Origin: a candidate division FCPU426 bacterium
Lineage (GTDB): Bacteria; Oederibacteriota; Muellerivitia; Muellerivitales; Muellerivitaceae
Assembly: GCA_963830915.1 (NCBI GenBank)
Contig: CAWHOE010000035.1
Coordinates: forward strand, 1-64,000
Direction: 5' to 3'
Length of the DNA stretch: 64,000 nucleotides
Every line of letters begins with the position of its first letter. Position 1 is the stretch's first letter. Below are positions 1 to 9,920 of the stretch, piece by piece. Under the pieces are notes generated by a model. That model ran no database searches, was not told the DNA's origin, and saw only the letters and a list, made by a program, of their open reading frames with translations. The position numbers and the translations under genes were made by a program.

Positions 1-710
1 CAAAGGCCTAATAGGATGGGCCAACGAATCCTTTTGTTCCCTTCCCGTAACCAGGATCCCAAAAGATAGAGTCCTGCCAATTCCCAGAAAGGGATGAATA
101 TCCCTTGGTGACAGAATCTTCCAAAATATAGGGGCCAAAAACTACAGGCCAATAACACGCTAAAAACAGCGGAAAGACCACCAGGAAAAAACTGTTTGCA
201 AGCCAAATAACCCAGAGGTACCACCATCAACGAGAAACAGGCGGGTATGAACCAAAGGTCAAAATAGGGCGATTGGAAATGTCCGAAAAAAAAGCTGACG
301 AACCATATCAGTAAGGGGGGATGCTCTCCAACCGTATAAAAGAATTGCCAATTCCACAGATGGCAAAGACCGATCGCCAGGAAACCGTGCAAAGCCTCAT
401 CCCCGGTGATCCAGGGTCTGAAATGGGTCAGGTCAAAGAACCTAAGAGCGATCGATATAATCGCGACCAGTAAGGTCAGAACGATTTTGTTTCTTCCCAG
501 AAATAATTCTGTCTCAAAGAGGTCGGCCCCAGTGCTCCCTTCGGCTAAGGATGTCCGGATCCCGACGATGAGCGGCACAAGCACTCCAAGGAAGAAAACC
601 CATCCCTTGATCGTTAAGGCCGTAGGCGAGTACGAAAGAATGGTGTTCGATACTAAAAGGACGAAAAAAATCGCCCAGCTGTTTTTTGTCATTTGTTCTA
701 ACCTATTCAA
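1..710 (-). CDS. GT-C fold membrane glycosyltransferase (ArnT/PMT-like), runs off left edge; paralog of 714..2825
   Basis: Not in ORF track. Manual translation from TTG 710 (or ATG 692) is open to the edge: ...ALRFFDLTHFRPWITGDEALHGFLAI...WNWQFFYTVGEHPPLLIWF...SFWPLYFGRFCHQG, aligning with the neighbouring ORF. Confidence 0.8.
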   Translation of the reverse strand, partial: MNRLEQMTKNSWAIFFVLLVSNTILSYSPTALTIKGWVFFLGVLVPLIVGIRTSLAEGSTGADLFETELFLGRNKIVLTLLVAIISIALRFFDLTHFRPWITGDEALHGFLAIGLCHLWNWQFFYTVGEHPPLLIWFVSFFFGHFQSPYFDLWFIPACFSLMVVPLGYLACKQFFPGGLSAVFSVLLACSFWPLYFGRFCHQGIFIPFWELAGLYLLGSWLREGNKRIRWPILLGL

Positions 711-713
711 GGC

Positions 714-2825
714 TCACATCCCGCTTTGTCCTAGTAATCTCAAAGCTTGCATCGACTGCGTGGCATTAAAAGGACATTGGTTAGCTTCCTTAAATGCTTT
801 TTCCGCTTTTTCTTTTTGTCGGCTTGCCCAATAAAAACTCCCCAGTTTGTAATAAAGATGGGCCGAGGGATAACCTTTGGCGATCACTTGTTGGATAAGA
901 TCGATATTCCTTGAAATGGACATAGGGTCATAATGATATTGAGCTCTCCATTCACCGTAAATGGATTCCAAAAAACGATCTTTTTGTAATATTACTGGGT
1001 TGTCGGAAAGGTCTTCCAAAGCTTTTTCATAAAGTTTTTTATTGTTCAATATGCCTTCGGCCTGGATATTCAGTTCATGGAAATATTGGTGGGCCACCAG
1101 CCAAATTTGGAGCCGCTCCTTATTTTCTTCGGTGATAGGAACTATGCCAACCGCCAATCCGCCGTCATCCGATAAATCTTCCCCAACCGGGATCCAACGC
1201 ATCAGCGGAAATTGCCTGATTAAAAAAGGTCCATAATTCACGTTCGTTATGACCGAAGCCCAGGTAGCTTTCGAGGCATCTAAGTCAGGGTTTAAGGCCG
1301 CGTTGAAATGATAGGTTGTCACGCTCAAAGTATGTCCATGGGACAAAAGCAGGAAATCGGTGAATATCAATCCGGGACCCTGCTGTTCACTGGCCGACTT
1401 CAATATTTGATACGCCCGGAAACTCTCATCAGGCAACGACTCTTTCCAGATGCTTTTGTTTACCGAGCCCTCAGCCAAGGAAGGTTTGATGAGTTGATAT
1501 AGGTCCAAACCAGTCGAGATCATCATGACCAGCATGACAACCATCAGTCTGTTCTTAACGGGAGTGGCGAGAAGCATCCGTTGGAATCCTATAGCCACGA
1601 TCAATAGAATTAAGGGCATGGCTTGAACGATCCTGAACATTTCAACATAATCCGCTGATAGGAAAGCCGGGGCCAGGCACAATAGCAGACCGCCCAGGAT
1701 CCAAAGGGACAAAGCCTTTTTTCGATGGATCCAGAGTTCAACAATCCCGATCATAAACAATCCATCTAAAATGGGATTCAACATCCCACCCCAATTAGGA
1801 CCATATGCGGAAACTGAGTTACTTCCCCAAAAAATAGAGGTTATATAATCGCTACGAACGAGCCATTGTTGGGAACCAGAAAACCAACCGCTAGCGGAAG
1901 TGATGTCCACAAAATGGCGTCCATAACCCTCCCGAAATATTGCGGAAATAAAAGGGATCATGGAAAGACTCAACGCCAGGACGAAAAGGAAATATCTTTT
2001 TTTTTCCAATAAATAGTTACGGCTGAAGAGAACGGTTGCTGTTACAAACAGGAAAACTAGTACGACCAACCAAGAATTAAAAGTCAACGTCCCAAGCCCC
2101 ATGGTTAAACCCAACAAAACGGTCCAAACATTGGTGGACGATTGGGGTTTGGATTTTACCCATAAGGCCAACCATAAAAAACACAAGACCTCCAAAGGAG
2201 GAACCAATGTCCCTTGTTGGCTGAACCTTCCAATTTCCAAAGGCCAAAAGCTGTACGCCAATAATAGGCCAGTCAATAACGCTATCGATCTCGAGAAAAA
2301 TACCCGAGCTGAAAGATAACCTAGGGCCAGGGTTAAAACCGATGAAACAGCCGAAGGAAACCAGATATCGAAAAATGGGGATTCAAAATGTTTGAAAAAG
2401 AACCGTAGGATCCAAATCAATAGTGGCGGATGTTCACCGACCGTATAAAAAAAACGCCAATTCCAATTTCTGATCAGGTCGATGGCTAAAAAACCATGAA
2501 AACCTTCGTCTCCGGTCAACCAAAGATGAAGGGTGGATAATTTGAAAAACCTTAAAACTACCGCGACGGCAAACAGGGTTATAAGAATCCAATCGTTAAC
2601 CCGATCTACCCAAATCGCTTTTTCCGACCCGATCCAATGACTCTTTACATTTGACCCAGACCATACAAACCAAATCCAAGGGATAAAAAGAGCAAATAAC
2701 ACTATCAAAGATTTGATAATTCCCGGGATAGATCCGTAGGAAAGGATACCGTTAACCGCAATGAACCAAAGAAGCGAATACCATAAACGCGGACCTGAGG
2801 TACTCACGACCTTCAACCGATCCAT
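714..2825 (-). CDS. GT-C fold membrane glycosyltransferase (ArnT/PMT/GT39-like) with C-terminal TPR-like helices
   Basis: 703 aa, many TM segments, acidic DE pair in first loop (WLTGDEG), EHPPL motif, C-terminal TPR-like AHLYYKLG...A...F..A. Confidence 0.75.
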   Translation of the reverse strand: MDRLKVVSTSGPRLWYSLLWFIAVNGILSYGSIPGIIKSLIVLFALFIPWIWFVWSGSNVKSHWIGSEKAIWVDRVNDWILITLFAVAVVLRFFKLSTLHLWLTGDEGFHGFLAIDLIRNWNWRFFYTVGEHPPLLIWILRFFFKHFESPFFDIWFPSAVSSVLTLALGYLSARVFFSRSIALLTGLLLAYSFWPLEIGRFSQQGTLVPPLEVLCFLWLALWVKSKPQSSTNVWTVLLGLTMGLGTLTFNSWLVVLVFLFVTATVLFSRNYLLEKKRYFLFVLALSLSMIPFISAIFREGYGRHFVDITSASGWFSGSQQWLVRSDYITSIFWGSNSVSAYGPNWGGMLNPILDGLFMIGIVELWIHRKKALSLWILGGLLLCLAPAFLSADYVEMFRIVQAMPLILLIVAIGFQRMLLATPVKNRLMVVMLVMMISTGLDLYQLIKPSLAEGSVNKSIWKESLPDESFRAYQILKSASEQQGPGLIFTDFLLLSHGHTLSVTTYHFNAALNPDLDASKATWASVITNVNYGPFLIRQFPLMRWIPVGEDLSDDGGLAVGIVPITEENKERLQIWLVAHQYFHELNIQAEGILNNKKLYEKALEDLSDNPVILQKDRFLESIYGEWRAQYHYDPMSISRNIDLIQQVIAKGYPSAHLYYKLGSFYWASRQKEKAEKAFKEANQCPFNATQSMQALRLLGQSGM

Positions 2826-3535
2826 TTTTGTCCGATGCCAATGGCAACTAAACAGATGAGCCAGAGGGTAAAAACGAACCTACCCCATCGAGAAATATTT
2901 TCTACGTTACCGCCTTCCGACTTTTTCAGATATAAATAGAGAAGGTAGTTCAAAAAGCATAGTGCTACCGCACCGAACGCCAAAGGAAGCCTGAACCCTG
3001 GATATTCAAAAGAGTTCAAGGCCATTAAAATAGATAGTCCAAAATAAAAACTCATCCACACACAAAACCAATAGACAAGAAACTTGCTTTTCCAGAGTCC
3101 GGGTTTATAACCGCTGATCTCCATCGGAGCTAAAAACCCCAGGAAGTAAAAATATAGATTCAAAAATATCATTCCAACCGCCAACGTCCAAATGAATGTT
3201 AAGGATTGCGCTTGGACAGAAAGAGCGAAAACGGTGTCGATCCAAATGAAAAAGTAAGTGGTTGACCAAAGGCTGGCGATGACACCCGGAGCCAATAGGG
3301 GCACCCAGCTCAGCATGACCGTTCCCAGCAAAGCGCACACTAACGCAGACCCGAAGATAAGTTCTTTTAAAAACCCTCTCCTGGAAATATCCGCCAACTC
3401 ATTGACCGCTAAAAGTCCATGGCTATCTTGAAATATGGGAATCGTCAGAACGAAAAGGAAATAAAGAACAAAGGTGAGTATTAAAAAAAGGGATACCTGA
3501 ACAACATTATTCAATTTTTGAATCACAAAAACCAA
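2813..3535 (-). CDS. Hypothetical polytopic membrane protein
   Basis: 240 aa, ~7 hydrophobic segments, overlaps start of downstream GT-C gene; start uncertain. Confidence 0.6.
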   Translation of the reverse strand: MVFVIQKLNNVVQVSLFLILTFVLYFLFVLTIPIFQDSHGLLAVNELADISRRGFLKELIFGSALVCALLGTVMLSWVPLLAPGVIASLWSTTYFFIWIDTVFALSVQAQSLTFIWTLAVGMIFLNLYFYFLGFLAPMEISGYKPGLWKSKFLVYWFCVWMSFYFGLSILMALNSFEYPGFRLPLAFGAVALCFLNYLLYLYLKKSEGGNVENISRWGRFVFTLWLICLVAIGIGQKWIG

Positions 3536-4002
3536 CCTAAGCGGGATTGAGTTTCTTATCTCGACCTATCTTTTCAGATTTAACTCAACAGCACAACAAG
3601 TTCCAAAAGCCCGTTTCTACCCAACCTTCTTAAAAAAGCCTTTTTCAGGGAATTTGTGTAAAACTAGTTTTTTGAAAGAAAGCAAAGGTTGACTTGAATT
3701 GAACAACGAATTATTAGTGGCTAGTTGCAAATAGTAATATTGTTTTTAAAAGCCGCTCATTGAGATGACCTGAATTTGATCTTTTTATGAAAAACGCTTA
3801 AAACCTCCAACATTAATTGTCACTGTGTTTATTTTTTTATTTTGTTCAGGCTTTTATGGTTTTAAAGATAACCCTCTATAATATAAATCATATTACCATA
3901 ATATATCATAATATAACATAACGTTGCTTAGGTAGTGATTCAAACATACATAACAACTTAAGTATCTGCCTTTTAGGCATTTATCTGATTCGGGAGGAAA
4001 CA

Positions 4003-4479
4003 ATGAAACAAAAATGGTCAAAAGAGAAAATTGTCGAGACTATCAAGGATCTCCAGAAGCAAAGCGTTGATATTTCGGCCAGTAATATTTCCAAGAACTA
4101 TATTCCTCTTTTTACCGCCGCCTGCTCCAGAAGGTACTTTTCCAGCTGGGCGAACGCTGTTAAGGCCGCTGGTATCGATTATGACCAGATCTTGGAAGCC
4201 GGAAAGGCCCGTCGTCGGAAGAAGTTGACCAAGTGGTCAAAGGACGAGGTATTGAAGCAAGTGTGTATCGCTGAATCAAAGAATCTTCTTACCACTTACC
4301 GTGATAGGCTGGCTCTTTACTCCGCCGCCCGTAGGGAATTCGGAAGCTGGAAACAAGCTTTGGAAGCGGCCGGATACCGGTTGACCAAGGGCTCCCACAA
4401 GAATTCCAACCAAATTTTCAAGAAAGAAGAACTGGCGATGTCGGGATCGACATCCAACACAGCGCAACCAACGGTTTAA
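4003..4479 (+). CDS. Small basic protein with two homing-endonuclease-associated (HNH_repeat-like) repeats, no nuclease domain; putative nucleic-acid binder
   Basis: Two repeats KWSKE/D...Y/F.AA...F[SG]SW..A[VL].AAG; strong SD GGGAGG before ATG. Confidence 0.7.
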   Translation: MKQKWSKEKIVETIKDLQKQSVDISASNISKNYIPLFTAACSRRYFSSWANAVKAAGIDYDQILEAGKARRRKKLTKWSKDEVLKQVCIAESKNLLTTYRDRLALYSAARREFGSWKQALEAAGYRLTKGSHKNSNQIFKKEELAMSGSTSNTAQPTV

Positions 4480-4506
4480 TTAAGTCTTTCGCCGGGTGCC
4501 TGGCTG

Positions 4507-6030
4507 TTAGTGGATCAACACCGTTTTTTTCGTAACGGTCAGGCCCCCGACGGTAATGTTGTATAAATAAAGCCCGCTAGCAACCTTCTCCCCTTGCTGA
4601 TTCGCACCCATCCAAGTGATCGTATTCACACCGCTTTGTGTTTTTGAAGCGCTGATATCCTCATTCCAGATCAAGTTCCCAACCACATCATAAATCCTCA
4701 ATTTGACAGAAGTCGGGATTTCCAGATTAAAAACAATTTTTACCTTCCCTTCATAGGAGGGATTGGGATAACTAAAAGTGCTCTTATCGCTAAAAGGTGT
4801 AAGTTGAGAATTCCCATTCGTGAATTCCGGAGTAGGTGTAGGCATTGGATCCGCTTGACTGTTTAGGACCCTGATCGAGTTGGACCTCATGTGGGTAGCG
4901 ATGATGTCCTGTTTGCCATTACCCCGTGTATCCATTACCCCCACTTCGACCGGACCATATGAAGACCCGTCTTCTTCCGTGACTTTAAGCGTTCGGTTTA
5001 ATTGGAATTGTCCATTGACGGGATCAAAAATATCCAAGGTATCCGAATCACGATTAGCCACAATAACCTCTTTGGTCCCATCCCTCTTTATATCCGCAAC
5101 AGCTAAACCATTTGGATGTTCTCCGCTAGTAGATAGAACTGGGGCGGCCAACAAAGTGCCGTCTTTTTGTTGATAATAGATCATAAGAGTATTCTTGGAA
5201 TATCCGGCTACTGCGATGTCTGCCCTTCCATCACCATTCAAATCGACGACCTTTATATCTGAAGGCGCACTCCCTTCAGGTAAAGGGATCGTTTTAACAA
5301 CCGCAAACGAGTCAAGATCAGTTTTGTCAGTACTTACACTTTTTGCGATGACATCGAGTTTGTTGGAGGATAAACAAGCTACAATTATTTGGTTATCTCC
5401 TGATCCATCCAGGTCACCGATCCCGATTTGAGTTGGCCCGTTAGAAACCGTGACATCAACTCTTTTTCCCAACTTTCCGTCCTTGATGGGAAAAAGAGAA
5501 ATCGTATTTGAGCCAAAATTTGCGACAGCTACAAAAGATAACCCCCCAGGCCTTGTCCAACTAGCTGTCACTCCAACCGGCATTTTCATCGTTTCTTGCT
5601 CATCCATTTTAACGAACTGGCCATTTGCCCAACGAAATACCTGCAAAAGGTTAGCGTCATAACAGGTAACTAAAATATCCTGAACACCCCTACCGGATGA
5701 ATCGAAAGCGAACACGCCTCTGGGACTCGATGCCGTTTGGATTTTACCGATAGGATTTAAGCCATTGGTTCCAGGAGCGAATATCTGTATGAAGGAATTT
5801 CGGGGATCCAAGATCGATACTGATGTTGATTGTCCGATAAAAGTCGGGGAGCCAAAATTAGCGACAATAAGGTTCTGGGAATTCTCGTTAACGATCCTAC
5901 CCACCGCGATTCCGCGTGGGCTAATTCCCGTGCTGAAGGAAACTGCGGCAGAGTAATCTATTGTTGAAGCGAAGGCTCTGAAAGCCATCACAAAAAAAGC
6001 AATGGTAAATAGTCTTTGATTTTTCCTCAT
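4507..6030 (-). CDS. Secreted FG-GAP/VCBS-repeat (beta-propeller) protein with PT linker and C-terminal FlgD-Ig/secretion-tail-like domain
   Basis: Repeats GDLDGSG, DLNGDGRADIAV, DIKRDG, DTRGNGKQDI; PMPTPTP linker; YPNP...IYDVVG..I...W.G.NQQG..VASGLY tail; start moved to ATG 6030 (GGGAGG SD, signal peptide ending AFA). Confidence 0.8.
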   Translation of the reverse strand: MRKNQRLFTIAFFVMAFRAFASTIDYSAAVSFSTGISPRGIAVGRIVNENSQNLIVANFGSPTFIGQSTSVSILDPRNSFIQIFAPGTNGLNPIGKIQTASSPRGVFAFDSSGRGVQDILVTCYDANLLQVFRWANGQFVKMDEQETMKMPVGVTASWTRPGGLSFVAVANFGSNTISLFPIKDGKLGKRVDVTVSNGPTQIGIGDLDGSGDNQIIVACLSSNKLDVIAKSVSTDKTDLDSFAVVKTIPLPEGSAPSDIKVVDLNGDGRADIAVAGYSKNTLMIYYQQKDGTLLAAPVLSTSGEHPNGLAVADIKRDGTKEVIVANRDSDTLDIFDPVNGQFQLNRTLKVTEEDGSSYGPVEVGVMDTRGNGKQDIIATHMRSNSIRVLNSQADPMPTPTPEFTNGNSQLTPFSDKSTFSYPNPSYEGKVKIVFNLEIPTSVKLRIYDVVGNLIWNEDISASKTQSGVNTITWMGANQQGEKVASGLYLYNITVGGLTVTKKTVLIH

Positions 6031-6129
6031 TCTTTTAGCCTCCCAACAATTATCATTATCAATTATTCTAACTCCACTATGTAACCTCTTCAACCAGACC
6101 CGGTCATAAAGCAATGGACCAACCAAAAA

Positions 6130-7566
6130 TCATAGATATGGCGTGAAAAGTTTCATAAAAGAGTTCCGGGATTGTACCAACCAATGTTTTTTATTCATAT
6201 CTTGAAAGGTAACCGGTTGGGACTTTTCCTTAGTGTTTTCAAAGTGTTTTACAAGCGTCTCGGAGAAATTCGCATCATAAACCTCAAGATCGAGTTCGAA
6301 GTTCAACCTTAAGCTCCTGGAGTCCCAATTACTTGATCCAATCAAAGAATAAGTTTGGTCAATAATAAATAACTTACTATGAGCGAAAGGCGCTGGTTGG
6401 TAATAAATTTTCACGCCTTTATCCAGTAATTCCCAAAACAAAGCTTGGCTTGCCCAGTCAACGAATATCAAGTTATTGAATTTCGGAACGATCACCTCGA
6501 CCTCGACACCTCTTAATGCCGCGGTATTCAAAGCGGAGATCAATATACGGTCAGGAACAAAATATGGTGTCATGATTTGAATGCTTTTTCGGGCTGAAGA
6601 TATGGCTCCCAAGATTATCCATTCTATCTTCTCGAAGTCCTCATTCGGTCCCCCGCTGATAGCCCTGCAAACGGAATCACCAGAAACCACATGGTTTTTC
6701 GACGCGTACCATGGAAGGGATTCACTTGTAGCGAAATACCAATCCTCTAAAAACGCTTCTTGTAATTCCATGACGACAGGACCATCGATTTGGAAATGGA
6801 TATCAGTGATTCTGTTTTTTTTCGGCAGATAATCGGAGAGATGGCGGTCTCTGATATTCATCCCGCCTAAGAAAGCTGTTTTTCCATCAACGATTAACAT
6901 TTTACGGTGATTTCTTAGATTGAAATGGAGGCTGTTCAACGACAACGACAATGGAAGGAACTTAGAGAACTTGATCCCATAACCGGATAATAATTTATCG
7001 ATCTTCGGCGATGAATATATTTCACCGAATGCGTCTACCAATACCCGTACCTGGACCCCTCTCTTTTTAGCAATATCCAATGCCTTTATGATTTCAACTC
7101 CAATTTCACCCACCTCGAAAATATACGAACAAAGATAAACAAATTTTTCCGCCTTTGTAATCGACGTTATCATCCGCTGGAACACTTCTTCTCCCAAATG
7201 AAAAGTTTCCAATCTATTTCCCATCATCAAGGGTCGACGGGTAACTTTGTCCGAAACTTGAAGTATTCCAAGATAATCATTTTTGTAATAGCGATGGTTT
7301 GCGGGAAAACAGTTGTACCAATGATCTCTTTCCGTTTTTGTGCGATGGTTCCAATAACCACGCCGGAACATACTTTGCGCGTGAGTTCTTATTCGATTCG
7401 TCCCAAAAAGCCAGTACAAAATAGGTCCAAATCCCAATAATACAAAACAAGTAACGATCCAACCAAATGCGGCACGAGAATCACGCTTGTGGAGAATGGC
7501 ATGAAAAGAGGAAAAAAATGAGATGAAGAAAAGCAAAAAGTAAACGAGAGTATGTATCGGATTCAT
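6130..7566 (-). CDS. cls: Cardiolipin synthase (phospholipase D family)
   Basis: Two HKD motifs (NHRKMLIVD, HSKLFIID), N-terminal TM pair. Confidence 0.9.
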   Translation of the reverse strand: MNPIHTLVYFLLFFISFFSSFHAILHKRDSRAAFGWIVTCFVLLGFGPILYWLFGTNRIRTHAQSMFRRGYWNHRTKTERDHWYNCFPANHRYYKNDYLGILQVSDKVTRRPLMMGNRLETFHLGEEVFQRMITSITKAEKFVYLCSYIFEVGEIGVEIIKALDIAKKRGVQVRVLVDAFGEIYSSPKIDKLLSGYGIKFSKFLPLSLSLNSLHFNLRNHRKMLIVDGKTAFLGGMNIRDRHLSDYLPKKNRITDIHFQIDGPVVMELQEAFLEDWYFATSESLPWYASKNHVVSGDSVCRAISGGPNEDFEKIEWIILGAISSARKSIQIMTPYFVPDRILISALNTAALRGVEVEVIVPKFNNLIFVDWASQALFWELLDKGVKIYYQPAPFAHSKLFIIDQTYSLIGSSNWDSRSLRLNFELDLEVYDANFSETLVKHFENTKEKSQPVTFQDMNKKHWLVQSRNSFMKLFTPYL

Positions 7567-7731
7567 ACCCGGTCGATGATTTTCATAATAAAAGAAAACA
7601 TTGAATTGAGCCTGATAGGCCCTTAACCAACTTAAATAATTTTATAGAGAATGGAATATTCTTGTAGAAAAACAACCTGATTGATAGGTATGCGGAGGCA
7701 GTATTCAGGATCGAATCGCCCATGTGGGTTA

Positions 7732-8256
7732 CTAAAACTTATAGGCTAAAGCTAAAACAGGACGGTCTTTCTCAAAGTAAGCGATCGGTTTTAAGCCATG
7801 TTCGTCATTATAATCTTTAGCCGCTGTTGGAGCATGAGCCATATCGACTATCCACAACGCTCCGAATGCTATAACTCCACCCCAAATAAGGTTATTCCCA
7901 ATATTCGCTGCGTTTGTTTTATCGCCCAAAAGACCGCCGGAGAATGTATTAGTATCCGATTTTATCAAAGCCCCCATGCCAACCGAAAGAACGGATACAA
8001 CTTCACCCGTTAACAGGACATTTCCCATCATGTTATCGTCAGCGTAAAAGTGTCCATAACCATGGATTAAAATCCCTGGGAAAAAAGCCAGCAGAAACGC
8101 TTTATTGGGATCCTTATAGAAATAATTCTGATGGTTAGTTTCCAAGCTTCCCGAAAGGCCTGTATCGTAGTTTTCCGCAAAAGCAATTGAGATAATAGAA
8201 GAAATGAGGACCATCACAACGAAAATCAAAGTAATTTTCAGGAATTTATTTTTCAT
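7732..8256 (-). CDS. Exported/membrane hypothetical protein
   Basis: Signal peptide (..IAFA), KDPNKAFLLAFFPG...GHFY segment, C-terminal aromatic residue (LALAYKF). Confidence 0.65.
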   Translation of the reverse strand: MKNKFLKITLIFVVMVLISSIISIAFAENYDTGLSGSLETNHQNYFYKDPNKAFLLAFFPGILIHGYGHFYADDNMMGNVLLTGEVVSVLSVGMGALIKSDTNTFSGGLLGDKTNAANIGNNLIWGGVIAFGALWIVDMAHAPTAAKDYNDEHGLKPIAYFEKDRPVLALAYKF

Positions 8257-8352
8257 AGAATACCTGACATTCTAGGGAAAGGATTAGAACAGGTCAAAAG
8301 AAAATTCCTTTTTTAAATAGTTTATTCTACTTTTTGACCCAAAAGGCCCTGA

Positions 8353-8838
8353 TCATTTACTAGTAACCGATACTTCCTTTGATTTCTTTTTCCCTTCAAC
8401 CTGATCTTTTACTTCAGGAGTCGTGTTCTTTTCCTTTTTTTCCTTCTTGGAATCAGTACTTTCAACGTTTTTTTCTTCGATGGGGCGGTCGACCAGTTCC
8501 AAAAATACCATCTCCGCGTTATCACCCGCTCGATTGCCCAGTTTAAGAACCCTGGTGTATCCACCTTTTCTTTCAGCATAACGGTAGATTAAGGTCTTAA
8601 AAAGCTTATTCACAACATCCCGCTCGCGAACAAAACCAAAAACCTGTCTTTTTGCCGCCAAAGTTTCTTTCTTTGCGGTTGTTATCATTTTTTCAGCATA
8701 ACGACGCACTTCCCTCGCGCGAACCTTCGTCGTCTTGATTCGCTCATGTTTAAACAAAGATGTCACCATATTTCTGATGAGGGCACGACGATGAGCTGGC
8801 TGGACTCCCAATCGTCCATGATGTGTTTTATGTCGCAT
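8353..8838 (-). CDS. rplQ: 50S ribosomal protein bL17 with charged C-terminal extension
   Basis: MRHK...HRRALIRNMVTSLF.HERIKTT, GGYTRVLK. Confidence 0.97.
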   Translation of the reverse strand: MRHKTHHGRLGVQPAHRRALIRNMVTSLFKHERIKTTKVRAREVRRYAEKMITTAKKETLAAKRQVFGFVRERDVVNKLFKTLIYRYAERKGGYTRVLKLGNRAGDNAEMVFLELVDRPIEEKNVESTDSKKEKKEKNTTPEVKDQVEGKKKSKEVSVTSK

Positions 8839-8855
8839 GATTAGCTCCTAAATTT

Positions 8856-9872
8856 CTATTGAACGCTTACTTCAACACGGGGGGCTGGTATCGATTTGCC
8901 TTTCGCCAAGATGGAATCAACGTCCATGCCAAAGGAAAGACCCATTCCACTCAAGATTTCTTTAATTTCATTGAGCGACTTTCGGCCGAAATTTTTGTAT
9001 TTCAGCATATCGGATTCTGTTTTTCTGACCAAATCACCGATGGTTTTGATGTTAGCAGTTTTTAAACAATTCGCTGATCTTACTGATAATTCCAATTCTT
9101 CAACGCTCTCATTGAGTAATTCCCTCAATCTTTCCTCTTCCTCGCTTACAGAATCATCCTGCTGGATAGGTTCTTCCTCAAAGTTAATGAAAATCTGTAA
9201 AGAATCCCTCAGTATTTTCGCCGCATGAGCCAATGCGTCTTCCGGATTGATCCTTCCATCGGTCCAGACTTCCATTATCAATTTATCATAATCCGTCATT
9301 TGCCCGATACGGGCTGATTCAACCGAGTATTTGACTTGCGTTACCGGGGTGAATATTGAGTCAATTGGAATCACACCGATGGCTTGTCCTTCGCGTTTGT
9401 TACGATCTGCGGGAGCATAACCGCGGCCTTCGGCTATTTCGATCTCTATGTCTAGAACAGCATCCTCTTCTGTAAGTGTTGCCAGATGCAATTGAGGATT
9501 TAATATCTCCACATCAGCGTCAGTTTGAATATCCGCCGCCACTACATTCCGTTCTCCTTTGACTGAAAGTCTTAAGGTTTTAGAAACGGAATTGAAAATT
9601 TTTATCTTTAATTCTTTTAAATTCAAAATGATCTCAGTCGTATCTTCAACAACTCCCGGAATAGAAGAAAATTCGTGAGAAACACCTTCAAACCGTACGG
9701 ATGTGACGGCGGCTCCAGTAATAGAGGAAAGAAGGATTCGTCTGATTGAATTGCCAACGGATTGGCCATAACCCCTTTCAAAAGGTTCCGCTATGAACTT
9801 GCCATAGGTCGGAGAAAGGCTCTCCTTTTCGTAATCCAAAAACTTGGGGATCTGAACATTTCCTAATTGCAT
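8856..9872 (-). CDS. rpoA: RNA polymerase alpha subunit
   Basis: EPFERGYG, ELSVRSANCL, NFGRKSL; start set at ATG 9872 (GGAGG SD). Confidence 0.97.
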   Translation of the reverse strand: MQLGNVQIPKFLDYEKESLSPTYGKFIAEPFERGYGQSVGNSIRRILLSSITGAAVTSVRFEGVSHEFSSIPGVVEDTTEIILNLKELKIKIFNSVSKTLRLSVKGERNVVAADIQTDADVEILNPQLHLATLTEEDAVLDIEIEIAEGRGYAPADRNKREGQAIGVIPIDSIFTPVTQVKYSVESARIGQMTDYDKLIMEVWTDGRINPEDALAHAAKILRDSLQIFINFEEEPIQQDDSVSEEEERLRELLNESVEELELSVRSANCLKTANIKTIGDLVRKTESDMLKYKNFGRKSLNEIKEILSGMGLSFGMDVDSILAKGKSIPAPRVEVSVQ

Positions 9873-9920
9873 GACGCCTCCTGCGTTTTGAGGGCCCATT
9901 AAGGGACCAAACTACATCTT

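Noticed and set aside
3536..4002. Replication origin (AT-rich, divergent region)
   Set aside because: Only one relaxed DnaA-box match (TTTTACACA, ~3655-3663), no box cluster and no dnaA/dnaN/gidA context
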